Below, piece by piece: positions 12,400-24,644 of a stretch of 34,056 nt of DNA. Both the position numbers and the translations under genes were made by a program. Under the pieces are notes generated by a model. The model did not search any database. It saw only the letters and a list, made by a program, of their open reading frames with translations, and had not been told where the DNA came from. Within the stretch, counting starts at the first letter, position 1. The number at the start of each line of letters is the position of its first letter. Source of the DNA: Phoronis australis (lineage: Eukaryota > Animalia > Phoronida); NCBI GenBank assembly GCA_002633005.1, contig NMRA01000910.1:67733-101788 (forward strand). The letters run 5' to 3'.

Positions 12400-12636
12400 C
12401 CGTCACGGACTTCTATAATTCCGGTATTCCATACTCCTGCTCTTCTTGGCCTTGAGGTAAAATTATATTGATGGTACAACGATGGTGCTGTGTGCACGAT
12501 GGGCTTTGCCACCTTTTGTCCTTCAGAACGGTAGGGAAGGGGTGAAATGTGACATCTTGCATCCATGGATATCCAGTTTATCTCACTTCCGTGAATCGCA
12601 GCCCATGGCACAGCAGTAATACTTTCTCGGCAATAC
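12400..12636 (-). pseudogene. Degenerate THAP zinc-finger fragment (transposase N-terminus-like)
   Basis: PRKYYCCAMGCDSRK* [shift] YPWMQDVTFHPFPT ... APSLY: CxxxC, FHxFP and terminal PSL/PTL motifs; central W..C..HF part apparently deleted. Confidence 0.6.
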
Positions 12637-13027
12637 CTAAGTATGATCCTAAATATGATATAAAATATTATTAAGTATTTAGATGACAGATGCTAACATG
12701 CGAATAACGGTGTTGTTGTTTTTTTTCGTAGATTTAATAGCAGCAAGAGTCTAATCACAAGCGCACATGTGAAGATTGGCATATCCAAATCCAACATTTC
12801 GGTTTATTACAAACAAACCATCTTCAGGGAGAAGTAGTACGACAATGTCAAACCGAACCAATCAAAACACAGTATCACACTGCTCAGGATCTGGTCGAAA
12901 CGCATAGTGAGAGAAATATGAGAATAAGCAATATTATGACCAGTCTCTAATGAAGGATTTAGGTCAGCACTATGGTTATCCTCAGAATGTTCTTTTACTC
13001 TGTTACACAAAATTCTGTTAGTCATAC

Positions 13028-13674
13028 CTCTGGCGGCCGTGGCTCTACGCTACCCACATCCATTCCACTGCTGGATGCAATAGTCCAGATCAGAAATGGC
13101 ACGTGCTTATTTTAGAAGTCTGCCTAATTCTCAAATTCTTTGGGAAACCTAGTTCAGTTTGTGTGACTGATGTATTGCTCTTATATTATGGTTCTTCATT
13201 AATAGTATGACTCTTTCACACCTTTCTCTCCTGATGGTCTTTTGAGTAGAGAACAACATCAGACCATATGCTACTGCCGAAGAGCGCTTCCCACTCCTGT
13301 CAACGCTTACTTTGCACTAGCAATGGCACTGATGTTTCCGTAGATGTTTTTGGTCATAAAGCTCTCGACAAAACTTGGCAAGGGAGGAACTTTTCATTAT
13401 CATGGGAAGTTGTCAAAGATGGTTTGTACTTTGAGATAATACTGCCTTTTCCACTTTATACTCCACTAACTGTGCTCATAATCCCGCCTTTTCACCAAAA
13501 TGTTTTACAGCCTATTCCTTTCTTTTGTGACCTTTGGCAGGGACATTTTTGCAAATTGAGGTTCTTTGTGCACAAGCGTAATGTGCCTTGCTATGTTCTC
13601 ATAGTTTCTTACAGAACAAGCAAGCATGTTTCTTTTTCCTTTCTTTCCTGATGTTGAAGCCGTGGTTACCGGAT
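13028..13674 (-). pseudogene. Degenerate fragment of an uncharacterised, probably mobile gene family (KKHxCxFC...RELGRLL; PTHR33480-like as recalled)
   Basis: KKHACLFCKKL/NIARHITLVHKEP..SLPKVTKERNRL*..RRDYEH/SGKGSIISKYKP..EKFLPC/..VSQRI*ELGRLL..LDYCI with stops and frameshifts; begins at acceptor tttttattgtcag. Confidence 0.7.
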
Positions 13675-14543
13675 CTGACAATAAAAATTAATCAACTAGA
13701 ATTAAAATGTCGGCAGAAAGATTAGGAAATAAATTCTTTGGTAGAACATTAAACGTTTTGGAACAATCGCATTTGGTGACGATAATTCTCTTAATATCAT
13801 TTTATACTGGGTTCCCATGTTATAGCACTTGCTTCGAAGAATCGGGGGAAAAAAGGCCATTCACTACTACATGCCTTTATAAGTTATTAGCAGAGCTCGC
13901 AAACCTAGGTGTACGAGTCTTATTGATGAGCTCCAAAATCTTGCCTTACCCAGATATCATGAACTTTAATTTGAAGCTGTAATCCTGTGTTTTCTAAATT
14001 TATGCCTAAGTGATGAGCCACTTTGCAAAACTGTTTTTCTTTCAAATACAGTAGCCTCGTCAACAGATAACTTCAACCCTTCCAGTGCCCCTTGCTGATA
14101 ATGCTGTAAAGCTTACTGGTAAAATTTCTTTAAAACATTCTCAATCGGTAAGTCCGGATGTTCTGCACCATCATACGGGTTCATAATAAAATGTGGGTGG
14201 TGCTGATGTTGCACAGAGAGTACGTAGCTCTTGGGAAAAAGGTCAAACTTGGTATTTTCCTGGTCACATGGACACTGTGGAAGCGCAGCAAGTACCAGCA
14301 TGTTGCTGTGAATGGCTTCTAGTGACTGTTTCAAAGAATGAAAGGAAAGATAATCTGTTCTGATAGGGTTTGTCAACACGGATGCTACAGCCCTACTTCG
14401 TTTTCTTAATTCTGAAGTACCATAGGTTGTATTTTTTCACCTCTTGGCTGGTGCCACGTTTGTTGCAGAGAGGTCTTAGCGACATCCTCTGGGACAGAGG
14501 ACACCCCTAGAAGCTTATAATTGGCTATTTTATACAACAATCC

Positions 14544-14896
14544 TGTGGGTTTATATTGCACAAAGATGAAACCCGAGGTGGTTCGTATGATGTATTAAAA
14601 GCTTCTGGTGAGATAGTATAAGGATGTTACATATAACATGCAAGTGAACCTACTCGACCAATCAGAATGTGCGCCAAATATAAAACTAACCAATGGGGAA
14701 GATAACCTTGAACTGAACAAGAGCCGCCAAATATAAAACTAACCAATAGGGAAGATAACCTTGAACTGAACAAGAGCAGTAAACAACCAAGCTAAACATG
14801 TGTCAAGAGGCAACAATTAATAACTTTAAACCAAACATGTACAGGAAGTACCTAAGCTAATAAACCAAGAAAACCTGTCACAAACACATTCCAAAA
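14544..14896 (-). repeat. 3' LTR (353 bp) containing a ~52-bp tandem duplication
   Basis: 14581-14896 matches 15982-16297 with 3 substitutions counted in 316 bp. Confidence 0.93.
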
Positions 14897-15091
14897 TTCT
14901 CCCCGGGCGCGAAAAATGTTGAACATAATAGTAAATGGTCGAAACCAGAAAGAAATCCGGCAAACAGTAAATATTAAGTCAATACGGAAATAAAACAGCA
15001 AACAAATGTGAAACAAGACAGACAATAAGCATAGTAAACAAGATATATATGACACAATCGAGTAAGTTATATAGAGTCCGTATCATGCAGT

Positions 15092-15324
15092 TTATGCTGA
15101 CGTTTCCAAAGGGTAAAGTTTCTTAATGGGTCTACTGGTTAGTCCGTTTTTCGTTTTGAGAACCACAGAACGCACATGTCCATCGTTACCGCGATTGAGT
15201 TTTTCCACTTTGCCCATATTCCACATGACACGTGGGGTATTTTCGTCATGTATAAGAACGATGTCACCACAACTTATGTTCACGGATTGGCAACCAGATT
15301 TGATAGTGTGATACTCGCGAAGAG
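15092..15324 (-). pseudogene. BEL/Pao pol C-terminus (DUF5641-like)
   Basis: GDIVLIHDENTPRVMWNMGKVEKLNRGNDGHVRSVVLKTKNGLTSRPIKKLYPLE. Confidence 0.92.
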
Positions 15325-15662
15325 NNNNNNNNNNNNNNNNNNNNNNNNNNNNNNNNNNNNNNNNNNNNNNNNNNNNNNNNNNNNNNNNNNNNNNNNNNNN
15401 NNNNNNNNNNNNNNNNNNNNNNNNNNNNNNNNNNNNNNNNNNNNNNNNNNNNNNNNNNNNNNNNNNNNNNNNNNNNNNNNNNNNNNNNNNNNNNNNNNNN
15501 NNNNNNNNNNNNNNNNNNNNNNNNNNNNNNNNNNNNNNNNNNNNNNNNNNNNNNNNNNNNNNNNNNNNNNNNNNNNNNNNNNNNNNNNNNNNNNNNNNNN
15601 NNNNNNNNNNNNNNNNNNNNNNNNNNNNNNNNNNNNNNNNNNNNNNNNNNNNNNNNNNNNNN

Positions 15663-15981
15663 TGGTGATCTCCTTAATTCTGTTGTTGATAAACAAGGGT
15701 AAGGACTTTGTACTATTAATCCAGTGCAACACTATTTGGCTGTCTGACCACATATGTGTGTGGATAAAGTGAAGTCCACTGTTTGTCAGGTACATTGCTA
15801 ACCTTGATCCAATTAATGCTGACATGAGTTCTAATTCAGGAAGAGTCCTCTTTTTACGCACTGGCGCAGCCCGAGTCTTTGACATAACGAATGCAGTGTG
15901 ATTACCTTTCTGAATATATGCCACTGCACCGTAAGCTTTGACACTGGCATCACAAAAAACATGTAACGAAATTGGGTCTGC
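15663..15981 (-). pseudogene. BEL/Pao pol fragment, RNase H-like (Peptidase_A17-annotated) region
   Basis: LHVFCDASVKAYGAVAY..MSKTRAAP..TLPELELMSALIGSRL..WSDSQIVLHWI..FINNRIKEI. Confidence 0.93.
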
Positions 15982-16297
15982 GTTCGTATGATGTATTAAA
16001 AGCTTCTGGTGAGATAGTATAAGGATGTTACATATAACATGCAAGTGAACCTACTCGACCAATCAGAATGTGCGCCAAATGTAAAACTAACCAATGGGGA
16101 AGATAACCTTGAACTGAACAAGAGCCGCCAAATATAAAACTAACCAATGGGGAAGATAACCTTGAACTGAACAAGAGCAGTAAACAACCAAGCTAAACAT
16201 ATGTCAAGAGGCAACAATTAATAACTTTAAACCAAACATGTACAGGAAGTACCTAAGCTAATAAACCAAGAAAACCTGTCACAAACACATTCCAAAA
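15982..16297 (-). repeat. 5' LTR lacking its 37-bp inner (U5) end
   Basis: Joined directly to RNase H coding sequence at 15981. Confidence 0.92.
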
Positions 16298-17579
16298 AAT
16301 CCAGTGATATGGCCACAGGCTTGTCAAAGACCTTTTGGAAATGAGCAACTTGCTTCTCAGACACAGGGCTCAGATCAATCTGCAAAATAAAATGCAGTTT
16401 CTAGAAATTACACCCAAATTGAAATGAATGAGACTGCTTAGTTGTCGGTGGGAAATTTGACAGCATTTTACATACTAATGATTTTAAAATGGCAGCTTGC
16501 TATTACTGAAAAATTATTTTGTCAAAGTCAAGATTAATTTTATATCAGATCATAAAAGAAACTATACATACTCCTAATACCACCAACTAGGACAATTTAA
16601 TGTTTTTCAACACCAAATACAATCAAGTCAATACATATACATATTAATAAAAACTAGCATGCCACATAAATCATTTTAGTGACTTTGTGCTACAGTTATG
16701 TCATGGGGTGGTTCATTTTTTCTCTGTGATCTGAAACATTTTTCTTGCAACTTGCAACCACTCGCAACATGCGTTACTGTAAATAAAATTATGTTTTAGT
16801 TTATGACTTTAGTTTATGTCCAGATATACAGAATAAAAACGAGTGACCATTGCAGATTGAATTAAAATGTGAGTACATAATATAGAAACATCAGTTGTAT
16901 GTGACAAAAAGTAGTCGATGAATTAAACTGAAAACATCCAGTTCAGTCCAAGTCCCAGGCAACTGAATTATCGACTCTTGAAATAATCTTATGAATTTAC
17001 AAATACATGGGACTGCTCTCGGCATTTCAGCTATAACTAAGCTAGTAGTTTGATCACTCGTGGTCAACTTGGTATCATTGCATTCTTTTTGTGAAACAAA
17101 AACACAATGAAACAGTTTTGTTACCAATGACCAGCTGACATCTAAACAACAACAACTGAAGAATGTTTATGCAGCCCGTTAGACTACTTCTTATTGAGGT
17201 CATGTAATCTGAAAACTCAGTTCACACTTAAGCTGTATTTTTGCTATGTTAAGTTGCATATGGTTGTACAGACATCATAGTCTACGGTTTTATTGAGGAG
17301 TGGCTATCTAGCTTTAGAGGATATGTTAGATCAAGGTTGTGTTATGAAGTGTATCTTATATGACCAACAGATGTCATTATTATGTACACTAGCAACTGCA
17401 GTAATATCATGACATCTCCCATCTTAAGAAGATTGATGTTATTTTAAAACATCAAATCTAACATCGAATTTAGAACTTTAGCATGTAATAAATGGCAGTA
17501 TGAGTTTGTAAAAAACTACTAAATACTTAATAACTGAATAAAGGGTAATGGTGTATGTCATTAACATGAAGGACATATA

Positions 17580-17725
17580 TCCACCATTGCCGGGATACTT
17601 CACTGATGAGCATCGGAGAATTTCATTGGACTTGTCACCAAGATCTTTCTGAAAGTCGAGATATTCATCAGATTTACTTGCGCCCCAGTGTCGACTTTTC
17701 CTTGTAGCTTGACTGACTCAACATG
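17580..17725 (-). pseudogene. Retroviral-type aspartic protease fragment (Gypsy-like)
   Basis: HVESVKLQGKVDTGAQVNLMNISTFRKIL containing the catalytic DTGA. Confidence 0.75.
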
Positions 17726-17737
17726 TGGTAGACTCAA

Positions 17738-17773
17738 GCGTACCACAGCGTACTACAGCGTACTACAGCATAC
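17738..17773 (+). repeat. 10-bp tandem repeat (gcgtactaca) x ~3.5
   Basis: Directly visible, at the junction of the protease and integrase fragments. Confidence 0.85.
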
Positions 17774-17799
17774 TGTGTGTCGGGTCCCACGTCATCGTA

Positions 17800-18500
17800 G
17801 AAGAGCACCGTTTTAACGCGTTTGGGTACTATCTTCTTGCCATTCACGGTTGTTCTTTCACGAGCATTTACTGTCTTTACTTGGACTTTGGACACGTTGT
17901 AGTCTGAAAACGAGCTTTCGCTTTCAGAGGAACCGTCTGCAGTAGCGGTTTGGTGGAACTTCTTTCTGCCTTTGCAGATTTGTTTTGATTTTGTCGGTTT
18001 TTGCTTCGTAGGTAATTGTACAACAGTCGCAGGCCAAGACCATCATTTTTCGCCATTGTTCTAGATTTGGAAGAGGTGAAACACCATGACGTTGGTCGAA
18101 CTGACATTTATAGTCTTGTTTCGTAGATTTAACTCATTTCGATACGATGTCCTTGTCTGGCCAGGGGAGCTGAAGTTGATTGGGCGTGGTCGGAATGTCA
18201 GTTTGGAGTTCACGACCCATTAACAACTTGGACGGACTAAAACCAGTCACTAAAACTGGTGTATACGTATAGTTTAACAAAGCCATCACGGGATCGTTCT
18301 GTAGCAATTTGTTCTCAGCTATTGCAACACCGCTTCTGCTTGACCATTAGCCTGTGTTGTGAGGACTAACTGTGATATTGTGATAACAACAATGCCATGC
18401 AGCAAAAGGCCTCATTGCTTTAGAATCGAGCAGGGACAATTGTCGAAAAAAACAAAACGAGCAACGATAATAATCATTTAAAATTTGTTATCGAGATGGT
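17800..18500 (-). pseudogene. Degenerate Ty3/Gypsy integrase C-terminal half
   Basis: ARF..DNCP..MRPFA..ITVSPH/QANGQAE/SGVAIA..DPVMALLNYTYTP..TGFSPSKLLMGRELQTDIPT..FDQRHGVSPLPNL; boundaries approximate. Confidence 0.85.
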
Positions 18501-18992
18501 CGTTTCAAAATACAATGGAAATAAAATAGTGCATTCTGCCTCCAGAAAGAATGCGTACTGGCATGTGAGCTATTAAAGTTCTTGCTAGAAGCGAAGACAA
18601 GGATGTCTTGCGCAGCAAGTGACAAGTGGAAATTCCCAGTAATCGGTGAAAATTCGAAGGTCATTGCCATGACAGAGGGACAAAACCATATATGGGCATG
18701 GTTCTCATACGTCTAACAGCGAAATATCGCACCCCACAGCTAAGCCACGTCATGGAGAGTGGCCAAAGAAGCGACGTCCCGAAATGATTCTCCTTGAAAA
18801 TGGATGTTGGCAGTGGCACATCACTTATCTAAGGACTATTTCCAGCAAAAAAATTACTGGTGGAAATATGTATTATTCCCTTAACTGTGCAGATATTCAA
18901 GATTCATGCTGAATTCAGACGCTAGACAGATAGGCAGTGGCATAGGTGCTTCTCTTCTTCAGATACTGAATAGAGAAAAAAGTCTGGAGTTT

Positions 18993-19506
18993 TCACAGGT
19001 TCTTTACTTTATTTACAAACTTGTATGCCCACCAAATTTTTTCATTTATGCGATTTTTAATAAATGACGGGTCCACTTTGTTGGCGTACTTCAGGTTGGC
19101 CCAAGCTGCAAATAAAAAATAAAATAAATTTACAAGTCAATTTAAATCAACCTCAAACACACCATACGTTTACGATGTTTATTCTCGATGCACATTTGTG
19201 GACTTTGAATAATGCTCATCACCCACTGACTGTTCAACTATCCGTTTGGTGCATTACTTACTGAACATATTTGACACAGTTTTCATTTAAACATGTAACC
19301 TCACCTTCAATAGCACCCATAACAGGGCCAACTGGTGTTTTGCTGACACCTGAGGTCCCATACTCATACTCCATACTCCACTGGCAGCAGCATCATGCCA
19401 ATGAGCTTCTTGGTGACTGCTGAACAGTCTTTGCGTTTGTTCCTCGACAAGAACTGGTCAAAGAGAGGCCCAGAAACAAAGACGTTCCAGCCGTCAATAA
19501 GTGGAC
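18993..19506 (-). pseudogene. Two-exon BEN-domain gene fragment (exons 19506-19305 and 19105-18993)
   Basis: PLIDGWNVFVSGPLFDQFLSRNKRKDCSAVTKKLIGMMLLPVEY[7-bp duplication]EYGTSGVSKTPVGPVMGAIE|AWANLKYANKVDPSFIKNRINEKIWWAYK..*; canonical phase-1 intron gtgagg..ttatttgcag; BEN assignment by pattern. Confidence 0.6.
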
Positions 19507-21296
19507 CCGGTTCCCCTGAAAATTTAAACTTGTCTATTTTGGTCCAAAGTCACGATTTTATAGGCAGATTTTGATAAATAATGAAAAAAGTAACATCAAT
19601 ACCGCTTAAGTTTAAGAATATCTGTACAAGCTTTAAAAGCGTCATCTCCTACTCGAGCCTAAAATTAAGCACAAGGTTAGTGTAACTATCATAAACCCCG
19701 CTTGAATTTAAGTATTATATGTGTACAAATTCTGAAATCAACATCTCCTACTCTGGCTTAAAATTAAGCACAAGTGTAACATAAATCCCGCTTAAATTTC
19801 AGCATATCTGTACAGTTCTAAAATTGCCTGGCTTACATTTAAGTACTTCTGTACAGGTTTTGGATCCCACTATTCTTCTCACAGAAATAATACACTATAT
19901 ACCGTTAGTTAAATTTAAATCTACAAATCACTGTACCAAAATCAACGCAACGCCATTTTCACAATGCAATTGGTATCGCAAAGTTGTCCATACTAGGACA
20001 TGACAATGTCTTGCTACAATGAACGTACATAGCCATTATTAATTCAAGCAATGTTTCTGATGCTTTCTTAATAATCGTCACAATACCCTTGGAACACGCT
20101 GAGACAAAGAGTGGATTCATTTTAAGTCACTTTTTCCTCTACTGTTTGTGTTTTGTTCCGTCTGCTTTTTATTCTCTAGCGGTGGTGTTTTATCAACATA
20201 CTGTACGTCATGACGTTTACTGTACAAGCTTCGTACAGTGTGGTATCGAATCAGTTTTCTTGAGTCGCAACCATTATGCTGAAAAAACAACATAGAAAGC
20301 ATCCCACTCGAAGATGGCACACACTTTATTGATGTTAAATCCTCATGCGACGCTAATATTAAATCAAGATCGTAAAAATTATTAAGAATAAAGAATTGTG
20401 TTTTCAATGCTAACAACAACCGATGCGTTTAAAAAACTATGTTACACAGTTAAAGTGGAAATGTCAACTTATGCGAAATGTTAATTTAAACAATTTAACA
20501 AAACATAGGCAGATGCTTTCAGTGTTAAACAGTATTTGAAGATGCGTTACCAATATTTGTGGATATATGTACCTTAAAGTTATGCCAACTAATAGGTGTA
20601 ACGTACTGTGAAAAAATGTTGCATGAGTTGCCGCACTCGCAGATTTTTTTTAGAAAGGCAAGAGCAACCAGTGAACACGGTTTATGTGTAACAGTAAGTG
20701 AGCAATTCCGATTAATTAGAATTAAGTCTTACATTGGATCCAAAAAATAAAACCGGTTCAGCAGAGTGAACCTAAGGAAAATATATGCGTAGTATATTTT
20801 CTCCCATGCCATTTAAGTTTTAAAGTATATGTATAATGTTAATGCCAACATTCCATGGTTGGATAAATATTGATGCAAGAGTCAAGAGATAAAAGATTTG
20901 CTTTACATGTAATTCCATTGTGCAAGTTTTGCACTGTTCCCTTGTCTGCAGGTCAAATGATTCTGTCTGCACATGCACATTTCCACATCAGACTGGGTAA
21001 ACAGATTCAAACTTTGTTTACTTGTTTTTTTAAGTATTTACTATGTCTTAGCTTTCCTACTGTGTTAATCTAATGCTACTATTTTATATAAATCGGAACC
21101 TTGTGCGTCAAAGGATTTGGTGATAACTTACAGTTCCCAACAGACATATAAAGACTAAATGACACTTGTTCGATTTGTTTTAGATACAATGGAATTCATT
21201 TGTAAAAGTTTTGCACTGTTCCCTTGTCTGCGGGTCAAATGATTCTGTTTGCACATGCACATTTCCACATCAGACCCGGTCAACAGATTCAAACTT
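19507..21296 (+). repeat. Left inverted arm (~3.5 x 87-bp units; ~280-bp unit partly repeated)
   Basis: Reverse complement of blocks in 29575-32483. Confidence 0.9.
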
Positions 21297-24200
21297 AACA
21301 TAAAGAGTCAAAATGGCCAGGTGGGTTTTATTTACTGGTAGGTCAAGTGGATGACAGAAATATATAAGCTTTCAGAATGTCTGAAGTTCAGTGAATATAC
21401 ATTCTACTGTCCATATATTTTATTTGACTAGGGTTAAACATTATGCCTGTGCTTTATTTTCAATTTAATCTCACTGAGATAATTGACAAATCTTGACTAC
21501 CTCAGATACTGAGAGAAACAAGTCACTTTAATTAGTCCTTATTAATCCAAAGAAAACCCGGCACAATCATGTCATACAAGAAGTGATTAGAAATTTCTCA
21601 TATCTCTACAGAGTTGCACCAAAAAGTGTTGTCCCAAAGTTACCCACAAAATGTTCCAGCTGCACAAAAGCTAAGAGCCACAAGGACTGGATTGTCATCC
21701 AGTTATGATGGCTTGTTTATGAGATAAATGTTACACAGATCACCCACTTGAACACAGTGACAGCTACGTGTAATTTAATCAGTTAATTGACGTTATTATT
21801 AAATCTTGGATTGACTGATCATACAAAATGGAATGTGAAGCGCTGGTCAAAATTGAACTGTTCAAACATTAAAGATAATTAAAGAAGTCATTGAGTCAGA
21901 ATGACGGTCAGTCAGGAACAACACACTCAACAGCAAGCAATACAATTGTAAAATTGTTCTAAAAGCAACAAAAGCTGTATACCGTGCACTAACAAACAAA
22001 ACAAAATAATGATTATAACGATCGCAATCCACTATCTTTTTTGTGTATTAATATTATTGAAAGCAATTCAATATAGGATATCTTGCATAGTTTCTTTTTT
22101 AAACATGAAATATCAGTTTTCAAAAGACCAGGCGTAAATTTTCGACCTGTTCAAATCAGAAGCTAAGCTTTGTCAAATATGTAAGTAAAAAATGCTTAAT
22201 TACAGGCTGATTTAAATCATACTTACGAACAATCTTCACAAGATCGCATCATTAAAAGTCAGAAGAAAAGTTTCTACCAACCGTGGTTGGAGTGCTAGTC
22301 CAGAAGTAAAGCTAATACATATAAAGTTTCTTGAAACCAAAGATTTTATAGTATCTTTGTTGAAACGATCCTTCTCTTGCAGGCACCAGCTACAGGAATG
22401 CTGCATTTTGGAATGTTATCAGTAAAATTAGTTTAGATTACTGTTATTAAAAGCCCCTTGAGGTGTTTATTTCACACATGTGCTACCCATTAGTTGTCGA
22501 GGATACCCCTAAAAAGTAAAATGTTAGGTGTCTATTAAACCAAGCCGTTTTAGTCCTGGGTTGGAGAACTCCACTGTTGAGGTTTGATTTTAACATTCTA
22601 TTTATATTTGCATTTATCATTTAATTATTTTAAAGCTACAAAGATGTGATTTTCCCGTTCATTCAATCATGATTGTGTACAACAATACTTAAAAATACTG
22701 GTATCGCTTTATTCGTCTGAAACTGTCACTGTAGCTAACTTTACTAGTTTTAGGTAATTCTGTATTTTAGATATCTATTATTGGGTAAACTTCAACGTTT
22801 GTTTGTAACATTTAACTTAATATTTGATACTTTTTTCAAGTCTTCTTAGTTGGGGTCTCTTCAAGTTTGACTGTTAGTAATCATGCTCTTTATCCAATAA
22901 TTTACTTATTTATCACCGGAGATTGTAAATTATAATGTCCTGTCCCTACTTACCTCCACAACACAAGTACATGTACATGCCCATTCATGGGAAGTGACAT
23001 TTGGTTTTCATTATTAACTAAATTAAGTTAGGCAGGGCATAAGATGTTAGTTGTGTGATGGCTATCATCCCTCTACTTATTCTACACTCCCTTTGATATT
23101 GGATTTCCTGTTGTGACAACTGCTGCTTAGTGCTTAATACTGAACGATGTGGGCAATATTCACTGCGTGTATAGTCTGATATGAAACATTTTACCGAGTT
23201 GCCATGGATGTTATGAAGTCCTTGTCATGAAAACAAGCTCATTTTTCATTAAAGTTCTAATTAAAGAAGATTCATCCATTTAATACATTCAGCAAACAGC
23301 AATAAATGCCTACTTTAAAGAAAGACGATCATTAATTTTACTTGTACAAATTTATGTTAGTAGTGCCGGGCTCATCACACAGGCCTATCATTACATTCAT
23401 GGATTATAATTTCAAGAAAACTATCCCACCCAGCAGTTACCCCTGCCCATGTCCGTTTAAATTAATATTATTTACAATACATACAGTATGCATGGTTTTC
23501 CCTTTTGGCTGAATGGAAGCCGTTGTATTATGCATGTATTGAGGGGGGAAAGCGCTAGTAGGCATTGCGATGTTTAAGCTGTCGTTTAATGTTTCTGTTG
23601 GCACATGATATATGAAATTACAATTAGTTTCCAGAATTACCAATGTGCAGTGTTTTACAATAGTCTTTTAAAATTTGTGAAATAACCTGACCTGATATCT
23701 AAACCAGTTGAGTACAAAAAAATTGAATATATTGTTTTATCAATATCACGTATTAGTCAACTGCTAGCAATATATACTGATCTTTAAACTTAGAGAAATT
23801 AGATGTAGGTCAGAGTTAAATAATGGTTTCTAAGTTCTTTCCATCATTCCATGGGATTTGTTTTATTTCGTATTCAATGAACTTCAATAAACCTCAGGCA
23901 AATCAAAGTTTCTGGGATACAATAAGCAGCCCTTTAGTTTAGCGGGGGAGCGAAGCCAAGGAAAAGGGTAACTTACCCTATTATGTAACCGGTGGGCTAT
24001 TTTCTCAGAATTTGAATAAGAGCAGGTTTTCGCAGATCAGCTCAGTTTAAAGAATATTATAGTCTATGTTTTGAATGGGTGACATTATAAAAATGCAAAT
24101 TATCTGTTTTCTTGATAAAGAAAGTTTCAAATAAGCAATGAAGATCAATTAAATCGTATTGTTATTTGTAAAAGAAATAATAGTAATTATTGAAGTGAGT

Positions 24201-24644
24201 ATCACTGTAACTAATTTTATTCTTAAAAATATTTAACTGTCATGCTTTCTCCGACATGTGCACAGTGTTTTTATTTGGATAGTAAAAGAATGCTTTAAAA
24301 TCAACTGGCTGATTGTGATTATAATTCTTCAACTGGTGTTCATAATCTCAGTTGAAATCATACAGGCGTCCAATGACAGAACACCATTTCCTTCCATACC
24401 TACACAGATATTCAGTCTGCATTTGTCATGTTACACCACCACAAGAGCAAACAAAAGGGTGCTGGTAGTTTTCAGAGTTTTTGCACAATCCAATTTGCAC
24501 GTGGCTTAAAACATCATAAGTTCCTTCTGACACCTTTGTGTTCACCCAATGCAATGCTACTAGGCACAGGCTTATGTGCCATCTGTTACTTGTTAAGATT
24601 ACATATGCATCAAGTTTCAGTTGGAGAACGTGGTGTGCCAAGTG

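Larger units (their letters stand above)
14544..16297 (-). mobile_element. Internally deleted BEL/Pao LTR retrotransposon with 5-bp TSD AATCC
   Basis: LTRs 14544-14896 and 15982-16297; TSDs 14539-14543 and 16298-16302; PPT-like cgcccggggagaa next to the 3' LTR; Pao RNase H and DUF5641-type motifs. Confidence 0.95.
13920..16380 (-). pseudogene. SWIM-finger plus YqaJ (lambda-exonuclease-like) gene fragment, ISL2EU-type accessory gene, split by a BEL/Pao insertion
   Basis: EASCSFPKGL*QACGHITG|LLYKIANYKLLG..KTSLQQTWHQPRG..TKFDLFPKSYVLSVQ..ERKTVLQSGSSLRHKFRKHRITAS; frame is continuous once 14544-16297 and one TSD are removed. Confidence 0.8.

Noticed and set aside
15280-16044. 254-aa ORF as an intact protein
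   Set aside because: Runs from LTR sequence through a deletion junction and an N gap; it is a composite artefact.
12378-19506. One multi-exon minus-strand host gene linking all the fragments
   Set aside because: Some pieces have splice sites, but they derive from unrelated TE classes and carry many stops and frameshifts; no consistent spliced ORF could be built.
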